The position numbers were made by a program, and so were the translations under genes. A model generated the notes under the pieces. It ran no database searches, had not been told where the DNA came from, and saw nothing but the letters and a program-made list of their open reading frames with translations. 64,000 nt of DNA from Candidatus Omnitrophota bacterium. GTDB lineage: Bacteria > Omnitrophota > Gorgyraeia > Zapsychrales > JBAZNR01. Within the stretch, counting starts at the first letter, position 1; each line of letters opens with the position of its first letter. Positions 1 to 9,327 of the stretch are shown here, piece after piece. The stretch spans positions 783,497-847,496 of the forward strand of contig JBAZNR010000001.1 in NCBI GenBank assembly GCA_041649175.1, in the 5' to 3' direction.

Positions 1-2549
1 GTAACCAAGGGTTGCAAAAACAAGACAGAGTTGCTTTACTCGCGGATAATGGGCCCGAATGGGGTATTATTTATTTCGGGATCCTTTTAGCCGGAGGCGT
101 CAGTGTTCCTCTTGACCCGCAAGCAAACCACGATGATACGGTTATCTTTATTCGCGATGCGCATGCCACTTTTATTTTCTCAGAAAATAAATTAACGCAT
201 CTTTTAAAAGAGCGTGTTGACTCGTCTATCCGGTTTGTTTCTTTACGCCGCGAAAGAAATAACCCGGTATCTTCCTTCGAGGAAATCGCTAATCTTGCCA
301 TCGCGCCTGACGCGCCCTCATTGCCGGATGTTGCCGAGGACGACACAGCTTCTATTTTGTATACGTCGGGTACGACGTCAAATCCTAAGGGCGTTGAGTT
401 AACGCATAAGAATTTCTTATCGAATTTCAACGGGCTGAATCAATTAAAGATTTGCTCGGGTGACGATTGTTTTATTTCGGTCTTGCCTTTATTCCACGCG
501 TATGCGTTTATGGCGACATTGATCTTTCCGCTTTTTTTAGGCGCTAAAATTATTTATCCGCGCACCATGAAAAGCGTTGAGCTGATGCAGATCATGAAGG
601 AATCCAAGGTGAGTATTTTTGTGGGTGTTCCGGAATTATTCGCCCATATTTACAAGGGGATTGACGAAAATGTAAAAAATCTCCCGGTTTTTCTTAAAGC
701 CCTCCTGAATCTTCTCACTAATGCCGGATGGAATTTAAAACAAAAAAAGAATATCGATATTCTAAAGTTGATCTATTTCTCCGTGCACGACCGTTTTGGC
801 GGTAATCTGCGGTATCTGGTCAGCGGCGGGGCGCGCCTTGATCCCCAAATTGCTTTAGGGTTGAAACGATTTGGTTTTGATGTTTTGGAAGGCTATGGCC
901 TGACCGAAACAGCACCGGTCGTCTCCCTAACTCCTGCTTTGAACCCTATTATCGGTTCTGTCGGAAAACCGTTGGATGGCGTTGAGGTCAAGATCGTTCA
1001 CCCCGATGCCGAAGGCGCCGGGGAGATCATTATCCGCGGCCCCAATTTAATGAAAGGGTATTATCAAAAAAAGGATGAAACGGATAAGGTCATTCGGGAT
1101 GGTTGGTTTTATTCCGGAGACTTAGGAAAAATCGATGCCCAGGGATGTCTTTATATTTGCGGCCGCCTTAAAGAAGTGATCGTTCTATCTTCTGGGAAAA
1201 ATGTTTTTCCGGAAGAGGTCGAAAAATATTATGGGCAGTCTGTGTATGTTAAAGAGTTGGCGGTTTTATTAACGCGGGAAAATGGCGTTGAAAGCCTTAA
1301 AGCTATTATTGTTCCGGACTTTGAATTCTTTAGAAAAAACGGCATGATCAATATCTTAGAGAAGATCAAGTGGGATATGGACAATGCTTCTAAAAAAATC
1401 TCTGCTTATAAGCGTATTATGGGTTTTGCGATCTCCAAAGAAGAACTTCCTAAAACTCGCTTAGGAAAAATAAAAAGATATCAATTGCCGGATATTTACC
1501 ATCAGCTAGAAAAGGCGGCGACTGCGCAAACATCAGCTCATCGTCCGGGAAGCATGACCATGATCTTGCAAAGCCCCGTCGGTAAGAAAGTAGCGCTTTA
1601 TTTGGCGAAAGAATTATCGGTCGATCGCGACATTAAGATGGAAGATCATCTGGAGCTTGATCTTGGCGTGGATTCTTTAAAACGTATTGAACTGATGGCC
1701 GGCTTGGAAAAAATGTTCCATATTCAACTTCCCACTGAGGCTGTTTTTCAGCTGGCGACAGTGGCGGATGTCATTGCCAAGATCAATACAACCATATTTT
1801 CCGATGATTCAGCGCGCTATCTGGATGAAGATTTTCAATTTTCTTGGCGGGAGATTTTATCCCGTCCGGTCGCGGAAGACGAATTTCCACAAATCGATCT
1901 CGAACCTGATATTATCAATCGTTCTTTAAGTTATGCGGTTAAAGGATTGGCCCTTGGTTTGCTTAAAACATTTTTTCGCTTAGAGATCGTCGGCAAGGAA
2001 AATCTTCCCGAACACGGGCCGTATCTTATTTGCTGCAATCATGCGAGTTATTTAGATGCCTTTGTGGTGATGGCAGGTATCCCTAATAAAATCGTTACAC
2101 AGTCTTATTTTATCGGACTAAAGGATATTTTTGAACATCCTTTGATCAGTTGGGCGATCCGGATGGCGCGCCTTATTCCCATTGACCCTTCCGCCGAGCT
2201 TATCAAAGCGATGCGGGCGGCGACGTTTACCTTGAATCAGGGAAAGATCGTTTGCATTTTTCCGGAAGGGCAACGTTCGATTGACGGGGACGTCAAAACG
2301 TTTAAAAAGGGTATCGGGATTTTGACAAAAGAATTAAATACTCGTGTTATTCCGGTGGCGATCAGTGGAACGTTTGAGGCTTGGCCCCGGACAGAAAAGT
2401 TCCCTAAAAAACATCCTATCAAAATTGTTTTTGGACCGTCGATGAATTTCCCGGAATCCTCATCTTATATTCAAATCGCGGATCGTGTCCGTGAGGAAGT
2501 TGTTAAATTACGAACGCAAGCTTACAAGAATTTTCCCGCCGGAGCTTAA
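1..2549 (+). CDS. 5'-partial tri-domain protein: AMP-dependent fatty-acyl ligase / phosphopantetheine carrier domain / PlsC-type lysophospholipid acyltransferase
   Basis: The reading frame is open from the window edge, in frame with nt 3. It carries AMP-binding motifs (YTSGTTSNPKGV, GYGLTE), a carrier motif LGVDSL, an acyltransferase HX4D motif (CNHASYLD) and an FPEGQRS motif. Confidence 0.75.
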   Translation, partial: NQGLQKQDRVALLADNGPEWGIIYFGILLAGGVSVPLDPQANHDDTVIFIRDAHATFIFSENKLTHLLKERVDSSIRFVSLRRERNNPVSSFEEIANLAIAPDAPSLPDVAEDDTASILYTSGTTSNPKGVELTHKNFLSNFNGLNQLKICSGDDCFISVLPLFHAYAFMATLIFPLFLGAKIIYPRTMKSVELMQIMKESKVSIFVGVPELFAHIYKGIDENVKNLPVFLKALLNLLTNAGWNLKQKKNIDILKLIYFSVHDRFGGNLRYLVSGGARLDPQIALGLKRFGFDVLEGYGLTETAPVVSLTPALNPIIGSVGKPLDGVEVKIVHPDAEGAGEIIIRGPNLMKGYYQKKDETDKVIRDGWFYSGDLGKIDAQGCLYICGRLKEVIVLSSGKNVFPEEVEKYYGQSVYVKELAVLLTRENGVESLKAIIVPDFEFFRKNGMINILEKIKWDMDNASKKISAYKRIMGFAISKEELPKTRLGKIKRYQLPDIYHQLEKAATAQTSAHRPGSMTMILQSPVGKKVALYLAKELSVDRDIKMEDHLELDLGVDSLKRIELMAGLEKMFHIQLPTEAVFQLATVADVIAKINTTIFSDDSARYLDEDFQFSWREILSRPVAEDEFPQIDLEPDIINRSLSYAVKGLALGLLKTFFRLEIVGKENLPEHGPYLICCNHASYLDAFVVMAGIPNKIVTQSYFIGLKDIFEHPLISWAIRMARLIPIDPSAELIKAMRAATFTLNQGKIVCIFPEGQRSIDGDVKTFKKGIGILTKELNTRVIPVAISGTFEAWPRTEKFPKKHPIKIVFGPSMNFPESSSYIQIADRVREEVVKLRTQAYKNFPAGA

Positions 2550-3082
2550 CCGTGAGAATAGCTTAAAAGATACGGGTTACAGCGCAAATAGTCCCTGAAT
2601 TGTTCGCTCAAAGAAAGAACGATCTCATAGTCTTGGCTTGGCCGTCTTTCCTTAGCCGAAGAAACGCGTACGATACGGCTTTTAAATTGAAAGCGTGATT
2701 TGTGCATCAAGGAATCTCTGTTCTGCAGATTAATGCTGACTTCCACGGGCGCATCGTGAGGGACAAAGATAGGGATCAGGCACGAAAGCCCGATCAGATT
2801 GATATCTTTCGCGCAGCACGTCAAATGTGTTTCGGCGACCTTTAACTCGATAGGCACTTGATAGGCGAAGCGTCGATAACGTCTTTTTTCGACGAACAGA
2901 TCGCTTTCAGCCGGGGGGTTGAGGCGGAATTTCTTCCAATCATTGCCGTATCTTCCAACCCAGTCACAAGCGGCAGTGGCAAAGCCTATCTCAAAACCCT
3001 GTTTTTCGCTTTCTATCCATTTATGCTTGCGTATTTCGATCAAGGCAAGCTCATCGCTCAGAAAAGAATATTTCTTATTCAT
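2546..3082 (-). CDS. PilZ-like c-di-GMP-binding domain protein with an unrecognised N-terminal domain
   Basis: A 178-aa ORF. Its C-terminal half has an RxxxR motif (KRRYRRF) followed by an N/DxSxxG-like motif (DINLIGLS). The N-terminal ~60 aa are unassigned. Confidence 0.45.
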   Translation of the reverse strand: MNKKYSFLSDELALIEIRKHKWIESEKQGFEIGFATAACDWVGRYGNDWKKFRLNPPAESDLFVEKRRYRRFAYQVPIELKVAETHLTCCAKDINLIGLSCLIPIFVPHDAPVEVSINLQNRDSLMHKSRFQFKSRIVRVSSAKERRPSQDYEIVLSLSEQFRDYLRCNPYLLSYSHG

Positions 3083-3351
3083 ATGATTCTCCTTTTGTTT
3101 TTAAAGTACAGTGATTATAACAAAGCGTTTTTGCAAATCAAGGATTAAAGGGAATAAATTAGTGATTATTTTGTTTTCTTGTCGACGAGAATATGAAAAT
3201 CGATCCTTTGATGCCTAAAAAAGACTTAATTCAATGAAAGTGTTGCTCTTTTTGTCTTTTTTGGTGTTAACAATGGTGCTATTTACACGGGAGAATGAAA
3301 AAGATATAATAAACAAAGTTAAAAACGGATCAATCATACAAGGAGGGGAAG

Positions 3352-3519
3352 ATGATGTGTCCTTTAACATCAAAGATGGCGTGCCCAATGGGAGGCGATT
3401 TTGAAATGATGGTTTGTATCGGAGTAAAGATATTCTTATTGGTTTGGGTTATCTTTGTCCCGATCGTGATGACCAATCGTTTGGAAAGAATTATTAAATT
3501 GTTACAAGATAAGAAATAA
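3352..3519 (+). CDS. 55-aa small membrane protein (MMCPLTSKMACPMGG...TM helix...RLERIIKLLQDKK)
   Basis: Strong RBS AGGAGG at 3341-3346, 5 nt before the ATG. It has one hydrophobic helix and two CP motifs. A perfect rho-independent terminator follows. It is below the 60-aa cutoff of the ORF track. Confidence 0.45.
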   Translation: MMCPLTSKMACPMGGDFEMMVCIGVKIFLLVWVIFVPIVMTNRLERIIKLLQDKK

Positions 3520-3554
3520 GTGGTTTGATGATCGGCAAGATAGATGAATGAAAA

Positions 3555-3607
3555 GGCGCCCTTGGCGTTCTGCTTCACAGAACGCCAAGGGCGCCTCTAT
3601 TTTTTAA
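3555..3607 (+). terminator. rho-independent terminator
   Basis: Perfect 18-bp GC-rich inverted repeat ggcgcccttggcgttctg / cagaacgccaagggcgcc with a 5-nt loop, followed by tctatttttt. Confidence 0.8.
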
Positions 3608-3614
3608 AAACATC

Positions 3615-4778
3615 ATGAAACCTAAGATTATTCTTCATATCGATATGGATGCCTTCTTTGCTTCTATCGAGCAAAGAGACAATCCTAAATTACGCGGCCG
3701 GCCGGTCATTGTCGGCGCCGATCCTCGTCAGGGGCAAGGGCGAGGTGTTGTCTCCACGTGTTCTTATGAAGCCAGAGTATTTGGTGTTCATTCCGCTATG
3801 CCGATCTCTATGGCTTATCGTAAATGCCCTGGGGGAGTTTATCTTGCTGTTGATATGAAAAAGTATCAGCGTGTTTCCAAAGAGATCTTTGATATTCTCT
3901 ATGATTTTACGCCGGATATTGAACCCATTAGCGTGGATGAAGCTTTTTTGGATATTTCCGGAAGTTATCATTTTTATAAAACTCCCTACGCAACAGCGCT
4001 GGCCATTAAAGAGCGCATCAAAAAAGAGATGAACTTAATTGCCTCGATCGGCATAGCGCCGATCAAGATGGCGGCAAAGATCGCCTCGGATCTTTCTAAG
4101 CCGGGTGGATTATTAGAAGTATCTCAGGAAAAATTATTCGATTTCCTTTGGCCGCTGGCGGTGGAAAAACTTTGGGGCGTAGGCGAGAAAAGTAAGCAAG
4201 CGCTTCATGCGATGAATATCAAAACCATCGGCGATCTAGCGCATACCCCTATGGATGCTTTATACAATCGCTTTGGCGAAAATGGCCGTCATCTTTTTGA
4301 GTTGGCCAATGGCATTGATGAGCGGGAAGTTTCTGTCGGCGAAGACGTCAAATCCGTAAGCCACGAGCACACTTTTGAGGAAGATACGCGCGACGTAGAA
4401 GGCCTTCACAAAACCCTTCTTTACTTAAGCGAAAAGGTTTCTCACCGTCTGCGCCGCTATCATCTCAAGGGAAAGACGCTGACGGTTAAAATTCGCGCCA
4501 AAGGATTTCAAACCTACACGCGTTCCTTTACATTTGCGCAGCGCACCAACTTTGTTGATACGATCTACAAAAAATCCAGAGAACTTTTTGATGATTTTGA
4601 TATGACGGGGACAAAGATCCGTTTATTGGGCGTAAAAATATCCAACTTTTATGATGAGTATGTGCAAGAAAGCCTTTTTCAAGATCGATCATCCGAGCAA
4701 AAAGAAAAGATCCATAAAGCGGTAGATAAAATTAAGGGGAAATTCGGCGAACAGGCTATTACGCGGGGAAGTTTGTAA
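3615..4778 (+). CDS. dinB: DNA polymerase IV (Y-family translesion polymerase)
   Basis: Its N-terminus HIDMDAFFASIEQRDNP with SVDEAFLD and the overall length are typical of DinB/UmuC family polymerases. Confidence 0.9.
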   Translation: MKPKIILHIDMDAFFASIEQRDNPKLRGRPVIVGADPRQGQGRGVVSTCSYEARVFGVHSAMPISMAYRKCPGGVYLAVDMKKYQRVSKEIFDILYDFTPDIEPISVDEAFLDISGSYHFYKTPYATALAIKERIKKEMNLIASIGIAPIKMAAKIASDLSKPGGLLEVSQEKLFDFLWPLAVEKLWGVGEKSKQALHAMNIKTIGDLAHTPMDALYNRFGENGRHLFELANGIDEREVSVGEDVKSVSHEHTFEEDTRDVEGLHKTLLYLSEKVSHRLRRYHLKGKTLTVKIRAKGFQTYTRSFTFAQRTNFVDTIYKKSRELFDDFDMTGTKIRLLGVKISNFYDEYVQESLFQDRSSEQKEKIHKAVDKIKGKFGEQAITRGSL

Positions 4779-4796
4779 GTACCAAAGAGCAGATCG

Positions 4797-4901
4797 TTAT
4801 TTTAACTCTTTTTTGACAAGGGTTTTCTTAAAGCAGAATGAAGCCATTCCTAAGATCAAGACCCACGAAAAAATAATCAGCAGCCATCCCGATAGTGTCA
4901 T
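4797..4901 (-). CDS. 34-aa single-TM micro-protein, translationally coupled to the NSS transporter (MetS-like small subunit?)
   Basis: Its ATG overlaps the transporter's TGA stop (ATGA). It encodes MTLSGWLLIIFSWVLILGMASFCFKKTLVKKELK, one hydrophobic helix plus a basic tail. Confidence 0.4.
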   Translation of the reverse strand: MTLSGWLLIIFSWVLILGMASFCFKKTLVKKELK

Positions 4902-6499
4902 AGCGGTTTATTTCCTTCCTTTTTCTTCCAGGCGATCTTAACTAAAACGATCAAAACAGCTATGAGTGCTAAAAGCCCGATGCGCGTTGCCAAAACATAT
5001 ATTTTGTCGGCGGGAGCGACATTTTTCATGAAGATGACCGGAAGCCACTCTTGCCAAAACCACATTCCTAAAATAAAGAACAGAAATAACGGTGTAACGT
5101 ATTTGATGATGAACTTGTAAACACGCGGAATGCGCATATCGGCGCCTCTATGGATCTCATCCCAGGCATTTTCCATGCCGAAAACCCAGGCAAATAAAAT
5201 GACCTCGATCGTCGCGAACAATACTAAAAAGAACGTTCCTCCCCAGAAGTCCAGTTCATCGACGACACCATTCCTTAAGAAAAAGATCGCCGGCTGACAA
5301 AGAATAAAAGACACAACGCCAAAAATAGTTACGGCTTTTTTGCGGTTGATATTGAATTCATCTTCCAGAAAAGCAACGGCTGGCTGTGCCAGCGATACAG
5401 AAGAAGTGATTCCCGCCAAAAACAACAAGAAAAACCAGGCGAACCCGAATAGAAACGCGAAAGGTAATTGATTTAAAATAAGCGGCATGGTGACAAATCC
5501 TAAATTAAAAACACCGGATGTGGCGATAGATTGGATTTCTGTCGGCCCGAAAAAGATGAACGCCGCCGGGATAATAATGCTGGCGCCCAAAACGACTTCG
5601 GCAGTTTCATTGACGCTGGCCGCGGTAAGCCCTGAAAGAACAACATCGTCACCTTTTGACAGGTAACTTGCGTAGGTTAGGATAACGCCGATCCCAACAC
5701 TTAAAGTAAAAAATATTTGCCCGGCGGCTTCCAGCCAAACTTTAGCTGACTTAAGCGCCGAGAAATCCGGATTCCACAAAAACCCAAAACCATTCATCAA
5801 ATTCCAATCAGGCTTAGCAGGATCTGGCGTTCCCAGCGTTAGCACTCTGATCATTAAAATAAGCGCGCAGACAAATAAAAGCGGCATCGCCCATTTACAA
5901 AGCTTCTCAATGCCACCTTTGATCCCATGATAAATAACGACGGTGTTAAGGATGAAGGTGATAACAAAAAAAGAATAAGCCCATCCTAAGCCGTTAAAAA
6001 ATTGATTATGCTCGATTCCTTGGTAACCGCGCAAAAAACTCTGCATGGCGGCTTGATCATGCAAGGGGCCGTATTTTCCGGTAAGAGCAAAAAAGCTGTA
6101 AGCTAAGCTCCATGATTCAATATAGGTATAATAGATGAAGATGACCAGCGGGCCAAAAATACCAATAACCCCGAAATATTTAATAAATCGGTTTTTTCTC
6201 CAAACATTGTGGAAAATTCCCGGCGCTGTTCCGTGTTCAAATCCGCCGCCGTAACGCCCTAAAGTCCATTCGATCCACATCAAGGGAATGCCAAGCAAGA
6301 AAAGCGAAACAAGATAGGGGATCATGAATGCGCCGCCGCCGTTAGCGGCAACTTTGGCAGGAAATCTTAAGAAATTACCTAAGCCGATGGCTGAGCCGGC
6401 AACCGCCATGATAATTCCTAGACGGGAACCCCAGCTGTCTCGTTTTGGTTTCTGGTTCATAATCGAGGTTATTGTAGCAAACGCTTCTTTCCGACGCAA
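4898..6499 (-). CDS. sodium-dependent transporter, neurotransmitter:sodium symporter (NSS/SNF) family
   Basis: The N-terminal WGSRLGIIMAVAGSAIGLGNFLRFP signature and a 12-TM hydrophobic profile. The true start may be the downstream Met (MNQKPK). Confidence 0.85.
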   Translation of the reverse strand: MRRKEAFATITSIMNQKPKRDSWGSRLGIIMAVAGSAIGLGNFLRFPAKVAANGGGAFMIPYLVSLFLLGIPLMWIEWTLGRYGGGFEHGTAPGIFHNVWRKNRFIKYFGVIGIFGPLVIFIYYTYIESWSLAYSFFALTGKYGPLHDQAAMQSFLRGYQGIEHNQFFNGLGWAYSFFVITFILNTVVIYHGIKGGIEKLCKWAMPLLFVCALILMIRVLTLGTPDPAKPDWNLMNGFGFLWNPDFSALKSAKVWLEAAGQIFFTLSVGIGVILTYASYLSKGDDVVLSGLTAASVNETAEVVLGASIIIPAAFIFFGPTEIQSIATSGVFNLGFVTMPLILNQLPFAFLFGFAWFFLLFLAGITSSVSLAQPAVAFLEDEFNINRKKAVTIFGVVSFILCQPAIFFLRNGVVDELDFWGGTFFLVLFATIEVILFAWVFGMENAWDEIHRGADMRIPRVYKFIIKYVTPLFLFFILGMWFWQEWLPVIFMKNVAPADKIYVLATRIGLLALIAVLIVLVKIAWKKKEGNKPL

Positions 6500-6630
6500 T
6501 ATTATGGGAAAAAATTTTATAACGTGACATCTTTACATTAGGGAAGCCAACTGACAGGTAAATATATTGATTAAAGAATCGATTTTAGGTAATATGATGA
6601 GGCAAAATAGACAACTTAAAGGCCATCGCG

Positions 6631-7011
6631 ATGAAAAGTATTGCCATTACAATGGGTTCGTTGACGGTTTATGCCAAGTTAAATGGTTCAGCTACGGCCG
6701 GAAAAATTTGGGATGCCTTGCCGTTTAAGTCTTTTACCAGCCTTTGGGGTGATGAAATTTATTTTCAAATTCCCGTCAAGACAAAGCTGGAAGACGGTTT
6801 TTCGAAGGGCACAGTTGAGATCGGAGACATTGCTTTTTGGCCGGAAGAAAGTTGTTTTTGCATATTTTTTGGGATGACACCGGTCAGCAAACCCGGGCAA
6901 ATTAAACCGGCCAGCAAGGTCAATGTGATCGGAAAAATCGAAGGCGATTGGACGAAACTTAAAGATGTTAAGCAAGATGAAACGGTTATTGTCGAAGAGA
7001 GAAAAGATTAA
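6631..7011 (+). CDS. cyclophilin-like fold protein (DUF3830-like)
   Basis: 126 aa. The N-terminal pattern ITMGSLTVYAKLNGSATAGKIWDALPF...WGDEIYF was recognised from memory only. Confidence 0.4.
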   Translation: MKSIAITMGSLTVYAKLNGSATAGKIWDALPFKSFTSLWGDEIYFQIPVKTKLEDGFSKGTVEIGDIAFWPEESCFCIFFGMTPVSKPGQIKPASKVNVIGKIEGDWTKLKDVKQDETVIVEERKD

Positions 7012-7029
7012 TAAAAAGGTAACTAACCT

Positions 7030-8196
7030 ATGACTTTACCTAGTTGGATGATTTTGGCGGGAATGACGATCGTGTTGTCCGGGCTTTTTATTTTCTTTAA
7101 AAAGCAAATCGAAAGCCAGATGCAAATTAAGTTTTCTCAGTTATCGCAAGAGGCGCTTAAATCCAGCACCGAGCAATTTCTGGTCTTGGCCAAAGAAAAA
7201 TTAGACTCAGAACGCAGTCAAGCCCAGTCTGACTTAGATATGCGTAAGCAAGCTGTTGAAACCTCCGTTAAAGGATTAAGAGACGAATTGGAGAAATATA
7301 AAGTTCTTATCCGTGAGCTGGAGCAAGACCGCGCGCAAAAATACGGAAGCCTCAAAAACGAGCTTGAAAAAACATCTTTAGCAACGACAAAGCTTCAGGA
7401 AACAACCAATCGTCTCAGTAATGTTTTAGGCAATGTTAAATTGCGCGGCCAATGGGGCGAGCGGATGGCCGAAGACATTATCAAAAGCTGCGGATTGATG
7501 GAGGGCATCAACTATAAAAAACAAACCAAATTAGATTCTGCAGCAACCAAACCTGATTATATCTTTCTTCTCCCCGACAAGCATACGATCAATATGGATG
7601 TTAAGTTTCCGCTAGATAATTATTTAGGGATGGTCAATACGGAAGACGTTAATCAAAAAGAAGTTCATAAAAAAGAATTCTTAAAAAACGTCACCATGCG
7701 CATTAAAGAAATCCAAGACCGTTCCTATATTAATCCGTCGGAAGGGACACTGGATTTTGTCTTACTTTTTATTCCTAATGAACAGGTCTTTGGGTTTATT
7801 CAGGAAAATATGCCGGGTCTTATCGATCAGGCCTTAAAACAAAAGGTTGTTTTATGTTCACCTTTTACGTTATATGCCATGTTAAGCGTTATTCGTCAGG
7901 CGTATGAGAATTTTCATTATGAAAAAGCGACGAAAGAAATCGTCAAGATGATAGACCTTTTCTCAAAAACGTACGATATTTTTAAGAAGCGGTTTGAGGA
8001 AATCGGAAAATCGATTGGAAAACTAGAAGATCAATACCGCGATGTCGCGCAGACAAGCTTTAACAGCCTGGATGTTAAAATAAAAAGGATCAATGATTAT
8101 AAAAAGGGGAACATTTCTTCATCCCCGGATAAAAATAACATTATCGAATTATCTCCACAGGATATTGAAGACGACGAGATGACCGGTAATCCATAG
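7030..8196 (+). CDS. rmuC: DNA recombination protein RmuC
   Basis: An N-terminal TM helix, a long coiled-coil and the conserved C-terminal RmuC region (LLFIPNE, VVLCSP). Confidence 0.75.
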   Translation: MTLPSWMILAGMTIVLSGLFIFFKKQIESQMQIKFSQLSQEALKSSTEQFLVLAKEKLDSERSQAQSDLDMRKQAVETSVKGLRDELEKYKVLIRELEQDRAQKYGSLKNELEKTSLATTKLQETTNRLSNVLGNVKLRGQWGERMAEDIIKSCGLMEGINYKKQTKLDSAATKPDYIFLLPDKHTINMDVKFPLDNYLGMVNTEDVNQKEVHKKEFLKNVTMRIKEIQDRSYINPSEGTLDFVLLFIPNEQVFGFIQENMPGLIDQALKQKVVLCSPFTLYAMLSVIRQAYENFHYEKATKEIVKMIDLFSKTYDIFKKRFEEIGKSIGKLEDQYRDVAQTSFNSLDVKIKRINDYKKGNISSSPDKNNIIELSPQDIEDDEMTGNP

Positions 8197-8213
8197 AGCT
8201 TTGCTGATCAATC

Positions 8214-8957
8214 ATGCCATCCGTTAGAAAATCCAATAATTTCTTTAATCACGCGCTTAATTATAAGAGTTTTTTTCCCAACCAGGTGATCGCTTTTACT
8301 AGCGACGATTCCGTCGATTTTAAGCGTAAGCGTGGGCGATTTACTTTAAGCGTGCATCAAAAGAGTTTTCTTTTAAGTCATTCGGGCCATGACATCAAAG
8401 AACTGCCTAATACGCGTCAAATTCATGGCGAACGGGTTACTATTATCAGTAAGAAAGATTTTGGTAAAGCCAACCAACTTAAATTAACCGACGGGCTAGC
8501 GACCAAAGAGCCTTTCATTCCTTTGGCGGTGCGCACGGCTGATTGTTTGGCTATTTTTATCTTTGATCCGAAAAGCAAAGTAATCGCCTTGGTTCATGCC
8601 GGCTGGCGGGGAACAAAAAAGAAAATCGCACAAAAAGCTGTAGAACTTTTAAAGAAGAAATGGAAAGCTGATCCGAAGAATTTAAGAATTGCTTTTAGCC
8701 CGTCGATCCGCAGTTGTTGCTATAAAGTTGGCGACAAACTTCAAGGATATTTTCCGAAGGAGACCGAATATACGGCCGACGGATTTTATCTGGACTTGCC
8801 GCTTGTTAACAAGCATCAGTTACTCGCGGTGGGCGTGAACGAAAAAAATATCTTTGACTGCCAAATTTGCACGTCCTGCGATAAGCGGTTTTTTTCTTAT
8901 CGGCGCCAGGGCGATGAATCCGGACGCATGGTTTCAGTTATGATGCTTAAAAAATAA
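8214..8957 (+). CDS. pgeF: peptidoglycan editing factor PgeF / YfiH (laccase-domain, purine nucleoside phosphorylase family)
   Basis: The HAGWRGT motif plus the conserved C and H residues of the DUF152 family. Confidence 0.75.
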   Translation: MPSVRKSNNFFNHALNYKSFFPNQVIAFTSDDSVDFKRKRGRFTLSVHQKSFLLSHSGHDIKELPNTRQIHGERVTIISKKDFGKANQLKLTDGLATKEPFIPLAVRTADCLAIFIFDPKSKVIALVHAGWRGTKKKIAQKAVELLKKKWKADPKNLRIAFSPSIRSCCYKVGDKLQGYFPKETEYTADGFYLDLPLVNKHQLLAVGVNEKNIFDCQICTSCDKRFFSYRRQGDESGRMVSVMMLKK

Positions 8958-9015
8958 ATTTTTGGAAAAAAGAAAAATTTCTATATAATAAAAACCCTTA
9001 ACCTGACTTAATCCT

Positions 9016-9327
9016 ATGCTAATCGTTATTTTGATCACAGCCAAAGATATTAAGGAAGCTAAAAAGATTTCTGCCGCGCTTTTAAATAAGAAATTAGTCG
9101 CCTGCGTTAATATCGTCAAAGGGATCCAATCGTTATTTTGGTGGGATAAAAGAATTGATTCGGCAAAAGAGGTTCTGCTGGTCGTTAAGACAAAGCGCAG
9201 TTGTTTTAAGAAAATTGTGGAAACAGTTAAGGCTGTTCACAGTTATAGTTGTCCGGAAATTATTGCCTTGCCGATCGTAGATGGCAGCAAAGATTATTTA
9301 AGGTGGCTGAATGAATCTGTCCGGTAG
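9016..9327 (+). CDS. cutA: divalent-cation tolerance protein CutA
   Basis: 103 aa with LVACVNIV...IIALPIVDG...YLRWL, typical of CutA1. Confidence 0.85.
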   Translation: MLIVILITAKDIKEAKKISAALLNKKLVACVNIVKGIQSLFWWDKRIDSAKEVLLVVKTKRSCFKKIVETVKAVHSYSCPEIIALPIVDGSKDYLRWLNESVR

